A stretch of DNA of 63,279 nt, counting the filler, from Choristocarpus tenellus KU-1152 (lineage: Eukaryota; Protista; Phaeophyceae), in the NCBI GenBank assembly GCA_964200185.2. It is 13 parts of 13 records of this genome, joined end to end, with 100 filler letters (N's around TTAATTAATTAA, not from the genome) between each part and the next. Parts side by side here need not be neighbours in the genome. Positions count along the whole stretch, not along the records: positions 1 to 6,100 come from CAXNAD020008936.1; positions 6,201 to 11,160 come from CAXNAD020012371.1; positions 11,261 to 14,875 come from CAXNAD020018947.1; 10 more parts are not named here. One strand, given 5' to 3'. The translations under genes and the position numbers were made by a program. The notes beneath the pieces were generated by a model. That model saw only the letters and a list, made by a program, of their open reading frames with translations. It did not search any database and had not been told where the DNA came from. This document shows, one piece after another, positions 1 to 13,600 of the stretch (the stretch's first letter is position 1; each line of letters begins with the position of its first letter).

Positions 1-3000
1 CCCCATCTGTCCTTGTACCTTTGGCTTGGTCGAGGTCGCTTCCAAATCGTAGCGGTGCCCTCCACAAGCACCGAAATATTTTTGAACAAAATTATATATG
101 CACTTTCCGCGCACCATTCTGGGTCTTGCCCATCCTCAATAAAAAGCTCCATCCTCAATTTTGATGATCGGCTGTTCTGTGGTGTTGGTATTTTTCGAGT
201 TCCATTTATTATTGAGTGCATTCATGCCAATTACGGGTTTATCCCATATTTACTTATCATTTGTACTATTGGACTACTATTTGTAATAGCAATTCTCTAT
301 AGGATAACGGCTAATCAGTCCGTTTTTAGGGGAAAAGCTTAAAACTACTAAACTCACCATATTACTTGAGAATGTTTCGGTGTTCTTTATTTTATACAGG
401 ATAGGGTTTGAGTAAAGTTCATCTGTCTTTCCCTTGAATATCTTAAAGTGTTGTTCCGAATGATGTTAATTGTAGTAATAAGTCTAGTGTCGTGAGGCAG
501 ACCCCGTTGTGAGTACCGCTGTTGCAAGGCAGGGTCCAATCAGTCGTGGGAGGTATTCAGAATCACCAGTTGTGTCAAGGTGGGATGTTTACAGCAAACC
601 CAAAGCTCTCTATCTCTCAAATCTTAGGAGAAGTTTGAATGGAATCTCAGATCCCATGGCTGATGTCACATCTTTACAACCGTCAACGCAAGCGGTATGA
701 GAATTCTCAAGAGTTCTCTGGTGTTGGATGTTGATGGGAACATCACCACCGACAAAGAAATAAGTGCAAAATGTGGTGATATCCACTTGTGTGTACACGC
801 GGATGTGGATTGGACCGAGATCAGCTCCCCAAAAAGGGACCTACTTGTCTGTCACACAAGTATTAATTGCAGGGTTAGGGTGAGAGAGATCACTACGAGG
901 GTTGACTCGTGTACTGTGGGTGGCCCATCCTCATCGAGAAGGAAGAACAGAGCCATTGCAGTCAGAACGGAGTGAAACATCAGGCAGGTGGACACCGGGT
1001 TGAGATCCTGCTTGTCTTGAGAACCTGGAGGAAGGTCTTGATTTGAGCGTATGGTATTTTTAGTGCGGTGCCCTTCTTGTCAGAGAGTTCCTCCCACAGT
1101 ACCTCTTTGCCAAGGGGAAATATTTCTTGGTCTGGTCCAAGAAGCATGAGGTGATGATAGTTTCCATTCTCCCCTTGCTATGTTCATTGACAAGAACAGA
1201 ACACAGGTATCTACAGGATACCTATCTACAGGATACCTACCATCTGTTCATGTTTCGTTCTAAGAGTGAATTGAATCTTGGATTCTTGATCTAAATGGCC
1301 CTCTCTTCCTGATCGAGAGGTGTGGGTGAGAGGGATTGATGTGTACATTGTCAGTAGACGATGAGGAGGTGGGGCATTGGATAGAGTGCTGTGAGTCAGG
1401 TGGTATGGTATTCTGTTAAGGCTGCTATGGGAAACGTGAATTGTGACCAGTAGTGGGCTAGAACATGGAGGTGCAACCAATGGAGAGGATGCTGCAAAGA
1501 TCAGTGGTGTGATATGGTAGAAATCGCTTCACAAGGAGGGTATCATGAATTGCGAGACCATCTTTGTTTTCAGCTTGTGTGAAGGTAGTAGGCACGTGGA
1601 CGGTGTTTAGGGAGAAAGATCAAAGGAGTGGATGCTGAAGGAGCAGGTGGTGAGGTGGGAAAATACGCAAGGGTTAGGGTTACTTACTAACATAACATTC
1701 TTGTGAACTTGTATGGAGAAAAATGGGAGTATGGATGATGTAAGGGAAAATAGATTTGAGATGCAAGGGAAAGATCAGATGTCACATACAAGCTGTGGGT
1801 TACAGTTTAGGGGAAAGTATAAAAAAGGATATTTTACATGCCAAAAAAAAAATCCAGTAGCTTGTGTGTTGTCAGGGTTGGATTGGTGTATGTACAACTT
1901 TGATGTGGGTGAGAGGTATGGACAGATTTTGTTGAACAAAGGCGAGGTGTATACCTGTACTACTATCTACCTCTAAAGGGTTGGGGTGGGATATGCAAGA
2001 GGATAGATAGATAGATAGGGTGGGGATGAATGGGGATCCTCCATTGATGGTTAGATGCATCACACACAGTGCTCATGTATGCGTGTTACTTCAGGATGGT
2101 GGTCTGTGGTGTTCGAATAGCATATTTGATTGGTGAAAACCCTTTCCATCTTTCTGTGTGCATGTGTATCAGATGTTGCATGCAGAACCTTCTTCAGAAC
2201 CTTCTTCATCACATTGTCCCCAATATCCAAATGCCACCCCTGACCAAAACGAATTGAATGGAGACATTCAAAAAGTGATGATTAAGGGAACACTGCAATC
2301 AGGTCTACGATGATCGTAAAAACATTTTCTTGACTGAAGAGGAAATGGGATGAAGGGTTTCCCTCGAGTGCATAGGAAGGGTGGTGTCTCTGCAAGCCCC
2401 ACATCCATTTCCCCATCCAATTTATCAGCAGAGTTGCCCTATCAGGTGGGTCACTGAAGCAAGAAAAAACCAATTCACACTAAAATTAAAAATAATAATA
2501 ATAATAATAAGACAATAAAATATGATACATCAAGCGCAACCTGTGTATGCTGCAGCTAATACTACATGTCCAGCATCCGTTTCTGGCTTTGTACAGTTTG
2601 AAATTTACGACACCAAACTATACCATACACAACAGGGGCACCAAAAACAGTTCGCAGTGTGGGCAGCCTGACCTGGCAGTGCCAAAGTCTACACAATAGT
2701 ATCATCACCACACAGAAAAAGCATCATTTTATTGTAGAGACCCTTCACTTCAAGTGTATGAAATCAACCCCACTAATGAGAGTCTCGTACTCATCAACCG
2801 CTGATCCGCCTCTGCCCCCTCAGCTGCCTCGATCCCTCCCTTTCCCCTGTATAGTTCCAATCATTGCTGGAACCTGGCAACAACTCCCAAGCCACAGCAT
2901 CACTTGCACCATCAGCAAGACCCTCAGTAAGACCACCAACCTCCAAATATGACCGCCTGAGTGGTCCACCCCTCCTGGTCCACCTCTTCCCCTCTTGTCG

Positions 3001-5736
3001 TGCCAGTGTTTCCTCCTCATCTTCCTTGTCATCTTCCCACCTGCTGTTATCATACCCCCCCTCACTGCCCCTCCAGAGGCTGTCATTGCTGCGATTGTTT
3101 GAAGAGTGAGGACTTGGTCGTTCTCGTCTTGTGCTCGAGTGAGAGCGTTTATTGAACGAAGACTCTGTGTGCTTGTCCTCTTGTCCTTGTCCCTGTCCCT
3201 GTAGTCATGTGGGTGAGGGTCTGAGTGTTGAGGGTGTTCTTAGTCGAGAGGCGTGTCTGCATATGCATACACACACAAAAAACCACCATACCAGGTCAAA
3301 AACATGGTCAGCCAAAGTGCCGATGTGGAGCAGCTTAGTGCTGAGATGGTCACACCCAGACTTAGATATACACCCACCTAGACAAAGACGCCAACTGACA
3401 CTAGTCATCCTTACTGTCTGCTTTACTGGGAAAGGAATCCAATGAATAGAGCCAGTGCTACTTGCGCAAAGAAATACACACTCTCTCCAACAACCCCAAT
3501 CACAAGTACTGCTATACATTCGAAACATACTCCTCAATTCTCGCCTCTTGAATGCAGTTGAAACAAACACTCCACATTGTCATTTTAGTTTTTAAAAAAA
3601 TCGTACAAGAACAGGCACTTTGAATCGTAGAAATGACTACTTTTGCTCACCAGAACCAGTACACCCCCCTACCTTGTCAGTAAGTAGGATAGGTATGTAT
3701 ATATGTATGTATGTATAACCCTAACCCTATGTACAAGGGTACCCTGTACTGCGCTAATGTTAACACACAAAGAGAGTGCAGAACTTTTCCAAAGACCTGC
3801 CTGCAACCTGAGAACTCCACTTCATCTCATCGAGGCGTCTACACTGTACCCTACAGCCAGGTGTACACAAGTCCCTCACGCTGCAATCCTTCTCACGCTA
3901 CACATTGCAAAAACAATCACAAGCATGCATATTTCATAATTTCATACTCCTCAACAAATTAGAGACAAATTAGAGTCATCCCCACCGTGTGCCCAGTCGT
4001 CTTTGTCTAGTCTCCTACCTCCCACAATGCACGCTTGTTGTACATAAATAAATACGTATGCCATACACACACACAAATAATACATACATATATACATATG
4101 TGTGCATGCAGCCTTCTCACCTCGATATCATTGACAAGATCCAAGAGAGACCCACCAAAAAAAGACTCCGTGTCCATGGACAACACCTGGACAAATCAAA
4201 ATTATATATATATATACATAGGCACAACATAGACATTAGCACAGGTGCCTAGTCACAGGCTTGACGAGGGATGGGACCTGAGGTGATGCCACCTTTTTGA
4301 CAGGAAAAGGTACAATAGAGTTGTCAATTTGTCAATGTGGACCGTGTAGTCTAAGAAGGGGGGGGGGCACTGTTGAGTATCAAGGGTCCCTATGGTTCAC
4401 CCTCACGGCTCAGTGGTTAGTTGAGACTGTTACCAGCATGAACTTTTGCGGGTTTTGTACCTCACTGAAACCAAACTTCTTGTGGAATCTAGTCCATGGT
4501 GTTCAGGCTTCCATACAGCAAGCAGGCATAGATTGCACAGGTGCACTGTCCTTAAGCTGTGTACCCACAAGGACACTGGTTCAAGACACTGGTTCAAGAA
4601 ACATGGCGCAGAGAGACTTCACTGCCAAGCAACCCAAAGACAGGTGCAGTGTGAGATTCAAGGGAGAAACAAGCAAAGCAGTGGGATAGCTGAACCCAAT
4701 AATCAGTAAGATATGTGTGTGAACAGAGACAGGCAGAGAGACAGAGAGTACATAGGTGGTACCATGACAAATTATCAGTTACATTACTTACTAATATTAT
4801 GACAAGTGGTGCAATGTGTAGTGCCTCTCACCATGCGTCAGGATATTTCCCAAATTCTAAAGTGAACATTAATAATAATAACAATAATAGTGGTGGAAAT
4901 AGTGTTGTACTAACTTTTGGGATACTAGATAGCACAGTAAGCAGTACGTCTTTCAAGCATGGTGGAGGGTGGTTTTCCAGTGAACACACTGCATTCACAC
5001 CTAACTCCTCTCCTTTACCCACAACTTCCCCTTCCCAAGGGAGGTTCAACTGCACTTCAGGCATAGGCACCGCAGGGTCCAAAAAAGGCCTCAAAAACTC
5101 AAAAAAGGAATGAATCGACCCCATTCTTACATGGCTCTATCCTATTGTCTGAAAAAATAAAGAAAAAAAACACTTCCAACAGCACCTGCTACACTCTCTC
5201 CCCTCCCCAACTAACAACCATATAACCACACAGAAAAGGACACAATTGTTGTCTCTTAATCACAAACCACATCAAAAAGTAGCCTGAAAGAACATATTCA
5301 GATCACACTCCTTGAGAAAAGGCAACGGGGATATTCCGGGCAGAGTGATAAGGGTATCCATAGTCGTAGTCAGAACAATTTTGACAAACGACAACATCCA
5401 GACATATCCAGACAGCCACCCCAATCCCTCCCTGCAAAAGAGAGCTAACCCTAACCCTAAGACACAGCAGCGGGGAAGAGAAGAGAGGTGCCACCCAGAG
5501 TTGGTTGCACTTCAAGGACGTCTGACGAATGCGTCCAACATTCAACATTTTTTTGGAGAATTACAATAGATCGACAAAATAGCTGATTTAAAAATAAAAA
5601 ACGGCCTGTAAGTTGACAAACCTGGGTAGGGTACCCTCTCAACTCAAAGAGCAAAAGCACTACCAAGAATCCCAACCCTAACCCTAACCCCCTACTCCCA
5701 CAAAACAAGCTCACAAGTTTCAAATTCCACACCCAC

Positions 5737-6100
5737 CTCATCTGGTTCCATCCTCATTGATGCCTTCACTAATGGCATGCTCTCCTCACCCATCGTCCAC
5801 AACTCCTCCCTTCCCCTTCCAATGCTGCTGCCAATGCTCTGACCCATGGTCTGGGCCTCCGCAGACCTAGTCCCTGAAAACCCATCCCTCGGCAACACCC
5901 TCTCCTGTTCAAGAGGAAGATCAAACCTCGCCCAAGTATCCTCCCTTTCCCAGTCAATCTCACTATGATCACCATCACCTTGCTGGTCCTCCTCCATCAA
6001 CACAAAGTCCTCCACCAACACCCCGTTCTGTCCCCTCAGCCCTTGAGATATCCCGGCCCCTCCCCCCCGCCCCCGGGCCAACCTCCCCCGCCTCCGCTCC
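5737..6100 (-). CDS. Probable internal exon of an uncharacterised protein
   Basis: Open frame (…VLVEDFVLMEEDQQGDGDHSEIDWEREDTWARFDLPLEQ…MEPDE) ending at a GAG|GTGGGT donor at 5736. Other candidate minus-strand exons lie near 5000-5135 and 2800-3200, but no family is recognised. Confidence 0.4.
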
Positions 6101-6200
6101 NNNNNNNNNNNNNNNNNNNNNNNNNNNNNNNNNNNNNNNNNNNNTTAATTAATTAANNNNNNNNNNNNNNNNNNNNNNNNNNNNNNNNNNNNNNNNNNNN
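6101..6200. other. Artificial contig-joining spacer (one of 12)
   Basis: N44+TTAATTAATTAA+N44 (stops in all six frames). The same spacer occurs at 11161-11260, 14876-14975, 18525-18624, 24541-24640, 27629-27728, 31986-32085, 35738-35837, 42404-42503, 45379-45478, 48884-48983 and 56757-56856. Confidence 0.98.
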
Positions 6201-6201
6201 G

Positions 6202-6255
<54 letters not shown>

Positions 6256-7279
6256 GGCAGTGTTTGGTGTTGATAAGAGTATTGTGTGAGGTGAGAGTTT
6301 TGAGAGGGACCATGGTGATGATGGAAGGATATTTGGTTGAATGTCTCGGGGATTTTTTTTTAACTTTGTGTTTTATTTTATTTTATTTTTTGCTTGGAAT
6401 CTAAACTCTTAATGGAACGTGGACAAATCGGGTTTAAGTTGTGTTATTATGAACAGATTTGAGTTGTTTTTTTTCCCCCTCCCTCTGTATTTGAAATTCT
6501 GTTGCTAGTGTTATTAGGGGGTTGTTACGACGATGGAGTGGAAATCGCTAGTCTTCTTTCTTATTCTTTTTAGTGTTGATGTGAGATGATGACTTACTGC
6601 AATTCATATTCATCGTACAAGATTTTTTTTTTTTAACAATAATATATTTCTTTCATGTAGGATGTGGTGATACGCATGTTTTTTTTTGTATGTGTGGATA
6701 GAAAAAGGTGGGTAGTTAGAAAATAGACCTCTATGTGGAGGGGGAAAGGAGAGGTATCGACTCTTGTGCAAGGGTCTTGCCCGGAGGTTTTTTGTCGTTT
6801 TTTTGAGAGTTATTGACACAACTGTTTTGGGTCGAGTACTTTGTGGTACATTTGAATTTGAAATGTGTATCTTTTGTCATACCTTTTTTGAAGCATCATA
6901 TTTTAATTATGCGTGGACGAAAATTTATTGCGAGATCGTTTTAGCTTTCCGTTTGACAAAATTGAAATTCTCACATCTACCCTCTCGGAGTAGGTAACTT
7001 CCACTATGCTGGTGAGGGAGAAGAAGAATAAAAAAAAAAGTATATTTCCGCTCCCCCCTATCACAGAGATTTGTTGAACCGCTCAGTCAAAATAATAATA
7101 ATAATAAAAAAAAAAGGAAGGAGAAAATTGCTGTAACTGACACTACGCTGTGTTTGTCTGCGATGATGAGGTAACCAGGTTTTGTAGTGGTCCACCAACC
7201 ACAACGGCAGTGTCTTCCATGTCTTACTTTTATAACTTCCCGATATCTATACCCGCTTGGCATTGGTCTTGTCCCACAG

Positions 7280-8092
7280 GAGATGCGCACCTTTCTAGGC
7301 CGGTTTGATATCACAGGTCCACTGGCATTACGTCCTCTGAAGTTCTTGTCCGGTGGGCAGAAGAGTAGGGTGGCCTTTGCTAAGCTGGCGTGGTCCAGGC
7401 CGCATGTGGTTATCATGGATGAACCCACTAACCACCTTGATCTTGAGACAATTGAGGCCTTGATCAATGCACTGAAGGTGTGTGTGTGTGTGTCCTCCTC
7501 CTCCCCCAACTGCATAATATTTCCCTCCTCGGTCTTTGTGCATCTTGTGAAGTGAACATTTTAGGATTAGGGTTTTTGCTGTCACTTGAGAGGGGTGACC
7601 ACGATGAATCTCACATCTCATGTTGAGTAGGTCAGAAAAGTATACAGAAGCTGGGTTGGCTGTGGTTGACGCTACTGTACTTTGAATTCAATTGATGTGT
7701 GTATGCGTGTGGAGGTGGAGATGGAGGTGGAGGAAGGGGGTTTGTCATAATCATCGATGTCATCATCATCGTCCTGTACAACATACATCCGCAATGCATT
7801 ATGAGTCCGCTTCTGGTACCATAATACTACACTGTCAGTATTGCTAATAGTAGTGCGACCTATCCACCTTAGTTAGGCTGGGCTCTGCCCTTCTCAACGC
7901 ATTCCTTCTCACTTTGTACCACAGGAGTTCAAGGGAGGCGTGATGGTTGTTTCACACGACCAGCACTTCATCACACAGGTCTGCTCGGAGCTCTGGGCCG
8001 TTGGGGGCGGTCAGGTGGTCCGATACAACGGCACATTCGATGATTACAAGAAGGAGACAGTCAAGAAGATGGCTTCAGTGGGCCACTTATAG
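7280..8092 (+). CDS. ABC-F family ATPase (ABCF3/GCN20-like), last two exons 7280-7477 and 7925-8092
   Basis: Phase-0 splicing (CAG|GAG…AAG|GT; CAG|GAG) gives [12 protein letters not shown]…[49 protein letters not shown]…YKK…*. These are the signature, Walker B (DEPTNHLD) and H-loop of the second ABCF domain. Stop TAG at 8090-8092. Confidence 0.93.
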
Positions 8093-9896
8093 CATTATAG
8101 TATACCCTCTCATTTCCATTTCATGACCACAGCGAGCTAGGGGTCCACTACGTTAGAGTTGTCTGGCCGTGTTGGGTGATGACTGGGAAAAAGGGTGTGC
8201 TTTTTAGAGTGCCTCTTCTTTGGTTGGTCTTTTGAAACACTGCGTCAGGTGCTGTGTCTCTCTCACTCACGCCCTTAAGCCTTTTTGGGGGGTTTAGGTA
8301 GCTTGGTAGGCATGGTTTTGTCATGTGGGTGAGATGGGATAGAGGTTGGTACATCTACAGTCGAGAGTCTTCCCCGAGGGGTCTGTCCTCCTGTTGTATC
8401 AGAGCTGTGCTAGTCATCAATATATACTCCAGTCCCCTGTCGGAGTCTCCCTTGATTCTCTTGTGTTGGTGTTTCTGGTGGGGTGTCTTCACTCTGCTTC
8501 CACTGCGGACCACGATTCAAATTTCTTCAAGGAAGGTCATATCAATTGTTGAACCTAACGTTGATGCTACTTCGATGGTGTCCTTGAAGGACACTTAAGA
8601 GCAGCACTGCAGCCTATACATCCGTCCCTAACAGTGATGAGCTAAGCTTTTTGTGGTTGCCTTCAGGGTAATGTTGGATGGGGTTGTACCAGTGGAGGTG
8701 AACTGTTTCCAATCTTGTCTGTGTAGTGCATGGCGAAGTACAAAGCCCAACTAAAAAGGACAGTGGTTGTGTAGACAATTCACTGCCTCGCACAGGTAAG
8801 GTCTGAGCAAGGACCGGTCCTTCTATATATTCCATTAATCATCCGCTTTGTACTCCACAGCTTTTTTCAGAGGTGGTATTGCCACTATTCTGCAAGAATA
8901 AAGAGTGTCGTAGAAGAGATGGATAGAAATGTGTTCCAAGAAGGTAAAAAAAAATCAGCACCATACAGTTAGCTTGTGTTTAAGTCATTTCAAACATCAC
9001 CCATCGTATTTTCTCCATTACGAGTCATTGATGACTCTTGAGCATAGTGTGTATCAGCGATGAAGAAGAAAAGTGGTGAGCAAATTATCGATTTGTGTCT
9101 ATGTATTGATAAGTTCCAGTAAAATTGACTCTTATGGGGTCTATTTACATTTTAGGTCTAGAGTCATCTGGCACGGGAATCAAGTTACAATGGTGGAATT
9201 GATGACACAGTGGGCTGGGTAGACCTTTGGAGGGGAGGCTGGAGTAAAATAATGTACTTGGGTGGTGTTGTTCGGGTTGATCATCGCTCTGCCTGCGCAT
9301 CTGGTGGAAGGCAGACTGAAGGAAATAAAAGAAATTAACAAGTGTACACAGTGTTCATGCTTGCATTTGATACAAGCGTTGTTTGTCTGGGGTGTTGAGC
9401 TCGTTTTGTGTAGTTGCAGAGTTTTGGTGTCCAAGTGGGTGAAATCTTGGAAAGGCATGCAAGAAATGAAACGCTGTCAATGCAAATCAGGTGGTACTCT
9501 TACTTGATGCACTATTATTGTTGGATTCAACACAGTAAACAATAGCCTCTACTTCTACTAATACAGAATGTATGGCCACACAGGGCTCTATGTAGAAACA
9601 CCATGGATTATACCTTGAACAAAACAATTCTGCGTCACTCTTTCACAGGGATCTTGCTCCAAACAACTCCACTCGATCTTGAGGGGAAATCAAAGTCCGC
9701 CTTCGAATACTCATTGCATGCCTGTTTACATAGAAGTCTCGCGATCGACTTGATACTTACACTCTCTTCCTGGCAAACATTAAACAAGGCAAAAAGGCTC
9801 TTTTGCTAGGGACGGCGGACCACATTCGGGAAAGGGAATTGAATGCCCTGATGAGTACCGAGATCACTCCGTTCAAGCTCCCCTGTACCCCCCCTG

Positions 9897-10595
9897 TCAT
9901 CGCTTGACAAGGCGATCTTTAATTTTAAATCGTGATCTTAAGGTTTCATTTTGTGCCTTCGTGAGGGTCTCCACCTGGATCACGCCTTCGCCCAATACCT
10001 CGATGCCATCACTCTGCTGTCGCAGCTCCTCCCCTATTTTTTTAGATTGCACAACTAGTCCGTCCAATAGCCCATCCAATTTGTCCATCTGGTCATCATA
10101 CCGACCGGCAGCAAGACTGCTTGAAAGCCCTGTTTGGGACCGAGCATGTTCAACACCTCCTGTATCCTTGGGCTCATTCCAAATCTTGGGATCCCCTTTC
10201 TTCGGACTTTGGCTGTAGCTAGAGGAAAATACAGCCGCTATGGGCTCTTGACTTCCCACGGTTTTATCGCGTTTCCTTCCACGGCGTCCTCTTGTTAGCG
10301 CCCCAGTGATTGCTCCGCGCAAGGAAAACCCATGCTTGAGATTCCACTCTGCATCTTTAACATCGATTCCTATTTGGCGAAGCTCAGCCTCAGTTTTGCC
10401 CATTTGCTCGCGCTGGCGAACAAGCTCGGTTGCGACAGTACCACCTGTCTGGGATGCTGCCTCTGCTTCCATGATGGCCCTGTCCAGCGCTGCTCTAGTG
10501 TCATGTTCGATGGAGGCGATTTCTGTCTTCATCCCTTCGACATCTCCTGTTCGAGGAGCCCATTCGGTCCTGACCCCTGGTTTATTCCCAGACAT
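9897..10595 (-). CDS. SNAP-25/SNAP33-type Qbc-SNARE
   Basis: Two SNARE heptad motifs (…ATELVRQREQMGKTEAELRQI… and …DDQMDKLDGLLDGL…IGEELRQQSDGIEVL…) joined by a linker, with no TM helix. ATG at 10595; an upstream exon is possible. Confidence 0.82.
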   Translation of the reverse strand: MSGNKPGVRTEWAPRTGDVEGMKTEIASIEHDTRAALDRAIMEAEAASQTGGTVATELVRQREQMGKTEAELRQIGIDVKDAEWNLKHGFSLRGAITGALTRGRRGRKRDKTVGSQEPIAAVFSSSYSQSPKKGDPKIWNEPKDTGGVEHARSQTGLSSSLAAGRYDDQMDKLDGLLDGLVVQSKKIGEELRQQSDGIEVLGEGVIQVETLTKAQNETLRSRFKIKDRLVKR

Positions 10596-10822
10596 TTGAA
10601 ACAACAGAACCTGCTGCCGCAGGTAGCCGACCCTGCAGCAGTAGGTAGTTATGTGTATTCACCTATCTGTGGGAGCAGCAATATGTAAAAAGTACTGTGA
10701 TTGCGGATAACACAGAGGTGATGTGATGGTATCAGAACGGGGTTGATACTAGACGGAAATTTACGACTGGTAATTTTCAATTTACCGTCCTATTGTTCTT
10801 TGAAGAATACAATATTGGTGAC

Positions 10823-10849
10823 CAAAATGTCAGAGGGCATAATAATAAC
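10823..10849 (+). mobile_element. 27-nt retroposon 3'-end insertion (family C)
   Basis: CAAAATGTCAGAGGGCATAATAATAAC between two copies of ATATTGGTGAC (10812-10822, 10850-10860). Confidence 0.8.
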
Positions 10850-11260
10850 ATATTGGTGACGAACACATTTTCATAAAATTTAGAAGGCAATCTGGTTGAT
10901 TATATTAATATTTTATTATGCCCTCTGACATTTCGCAGATATGTGTCAGGGAGAAAACCAATGAAAACTATATACGTATGTCATTATTAGACCTAAGGAA
11001 ATAAAGTAGAATAAACGTGAAAACACTATAAAACACTCTAAGTAACAGGGGATTCTCAAAATCGAGGATGGAGCGGGACTATGAGGATGGTTGTTCTGCG
11101 AAAACGGTCTTAAAAAAGTACCGAAAGTTTTTTTTTGGGACTGTATTTGCACTTAGAAGGNNNNNNNNNNNNNNNNNNNNNNNNNNNNNNNNNNNNNNNN
11201 NNNNTTAATTAATTAANNNNNNNNNNNNNNNNNNNNNNNNNNNNNNNNNNNNNNNNNNNN

Positions 11261-11297
<37 letters not shown>

Positions 11298-11529
11298 CGG
11301 GGGAAGGGTTCGGATCTTGGTGAACGTGGACGACAGGGTGTGGGCGGAAATTTGGTAGGGACCCGCTACAGACCTGGAAGAACCACCCACTGAAACCAAA
11401 ACATCTACAAGCACCCTTGGAAACACCAAAACTATGTAAAATATTGTAACATTGGAAGCATACGTTGGGGAAGCACCAAACACCTTGTCCACGACTGAGA
11501 AGCGGCTTCAAGTGGTGTCAACCACTTAC

Positions 11530-11667
11530 GCAGGCAATGACGGCCTTCGGGTGGGGCTCTTCGTAGCATATGCAGCATGGGTTATCCTCTGCTCTCTCTG
11601 GTGCTACCGCCGCTGAGGCTGCTTGCCCCGGAGCTGGTGTTTTAGACGTGCCTCCAGCTTTGGCCAT
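11530..11667 (-). CDS. First exon of a RING-finger protein (not in ORF track)
   Basis: 46 codons from ATG 11667: MAKAGGTSKTPAPGQAASAAVAPERAEDNPCCICYEEPHPKAVIAC, then a perfect GTAAGT donor. CxxC-x(11)-C matches the first half of a RING motif. Confidence 0.62.
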
Positions 11668-13393
11668 GATGCAGTCCTCCTAGTCCAGTTAAAGCCCAAG
11701 GGCTCGGGATACGGTCGTGGGACTGTACAGTGGATAATGTGAAATTTAGACGGATGGAGGAGAACTGTGGGGGAAAATGGATACACGGGTGACGACGGTA
11801 ACCTGCCATGCTTGGTTGGCCCACTAAAGAAAGGCAGTCTTGGTTTGGAGAAACGGCTGTGAGACATTTCTCGCAAATCGTCATGCGGGCGTGCACTTAG
11901 GGGTGGTAGGTCCATCCCGGCAGAGGTATGTGTCATTAACACAATATCAGCCGCGTGGGACAATGCTGTAAGGGCATGTGTCACTGCGAACAAAATGTGC
12001 CGGGGCCCCTTCGACACAGGGCCCGATATGGGTCGCCACAATTTGCCATCTTTGCACAAGAATAGTTTAAATATCCTTCTCTCACTACATTTGGGGACCA
12101 AAATCGAACAGCCTTCAGACGAGGAGGGCAAAAAAATCCTGATTCTCCGGGTCCTCCAAGGAGATCAGGTAGTTGGGTGAGTGGGACCAGCATCTCATAG
12201 TCGAAATGTTTTGCAATAACTGCTCTACTTCCATTTTAACGAGAAAACTTACGGCTGCAAATTGAGGAAGACGAAAATTATTAGCTACGATGTCCAATAT
12301 TGAGATAGGTTAGATCAATGGTTGGGATCATTATCTCAAAAGCGAAATGTTTTGCAAGACCGAGCAAGCAGTAAGAACAGGGACAAGGCACTCAATACTA
12401 CATCTGATTCGAGCTTGAGATGATCTTTGGGGTAATCTTTCTCTCAATGGATTGTGGAAAGCACACACCTCGTCACCGTCTCTCCTCTGGCAGCCTTACC
12501 ACTGACGGCAAAAACTGCTGAGTCTCCGACTTTCCCGTTGCGTAGAAGACTTGAGGAGGGTACAACACTAGTAAGAACTACAACGTTAGGGCCAAGGCCT
12601 ATTACAAAGCCGGTAACCGTAATTCCAGGGTGACGTCAAAATATATTTATTTGGGACTCCATAACGGTAAGGTGTTCATCTGAAATTTGTCCATGGGCTT
12701 TTGACTTTTTTGGATTAGTTCATATTGGAGAGGGTCAACGTTCTGGTGTGTAAAGGTTGCCAGTGAAGAGTCTCTGCGGCCAAGTGCTAATCGTTGCTTC
12801 GTACTAATCTACAGTTATTGTGGATGCGCCGGTGCTGCCCAGAGGTTGTCGTGCTATCGTGCTTATTCGGAATCTTCCTTGGTCAAGGAGGACTGAAGTT
12901 TGCTTTTACTCCAAGAATTGGTCGACCTTAAGGTCCAGAGCCCAGGCGTTTGGCTGTACTTTAAAGAGCAAGAGGTTGCACACTGTGCTCAACAAAGAGA
13001 GAAAGGGTGGCTTTGAGCTAAGGGGGTGGTATCAATGCCGAATTGCAGGTGTCGCTGTTTTTGAAAAAATACATCTGACCTGTTTGATCCTTGATTGGAC
13101 TTGGTCCATCTTACTCGTCAAACTTGGACGGTGGGAGACTGGATCTATAGAGGACGTGTTCCATGCAAACTTCGGTTAGGCCACAGCGTCAGAATACAGT
13201 ACCTGAAAGTGCTTTCAAGGGGATTGAGTGAAGCGGATTTTTCCCTTCTTACCTTTTTTCACACAACCGAGATCTAGTCTCTGGCTTCAGTTGGCCCCCA
13301 CCTTCCCCCCGCTGCACGACTTCACTTGCGGCGGGAGGCTTGAAGAAGATCGATCGAGGGTAAAAACTGCTTGATTATTTGGACAACGGAACC

Positions 13394-13600
13394 ATGTCGG
13401 CGTCGATTGCTGAAGGTGCCCAAGATGTGACGTACACTAGGGGTGCAGGGGTGGACATACATGGAGCTGTGGAAAGGGGTGACTTGGAGAGCGTCCAGAA
13501 GTACATCAAGACTGGGGGGGATTTGGAACGGACGGACTGGGACCAGTGCACTGCTCTTCACATCGCCTGTGCTGGGGCGTTCTCGCAGGTTGCACAACTG
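13394..13600 (+). CDS. First exon of an ankyrin-repeat protein
   Basis: MSASIAEG…DIHGAVERGDLESVQKYIKTGGDLERTDWDQCTALHIACAGAFSQVAQL followed by a GTGAGA donor. IHxAxxxGDL and TALHIA are ankyrin motifs. Confidence 0.8.

Noticed and set aside
6145-6156. Recurrent TTAATTAATTAA palindrome
   Set aside because: Artificial linker inside N spacers; not biological.
8600-8870. Possible Copia integrase remnant (YLCEAVN)
   Set aside because: A single weak motif amid many stops; not supportable.
10823-10951. Apparent MITE bounded by inverted AAATGTCAGAGGGCATAATAA
   Set aside because: Better explained as two independent family-C retro-insertions facing each other. The left one has its own 11-bp TSD, and homology among copies extends past the supposed terminus.
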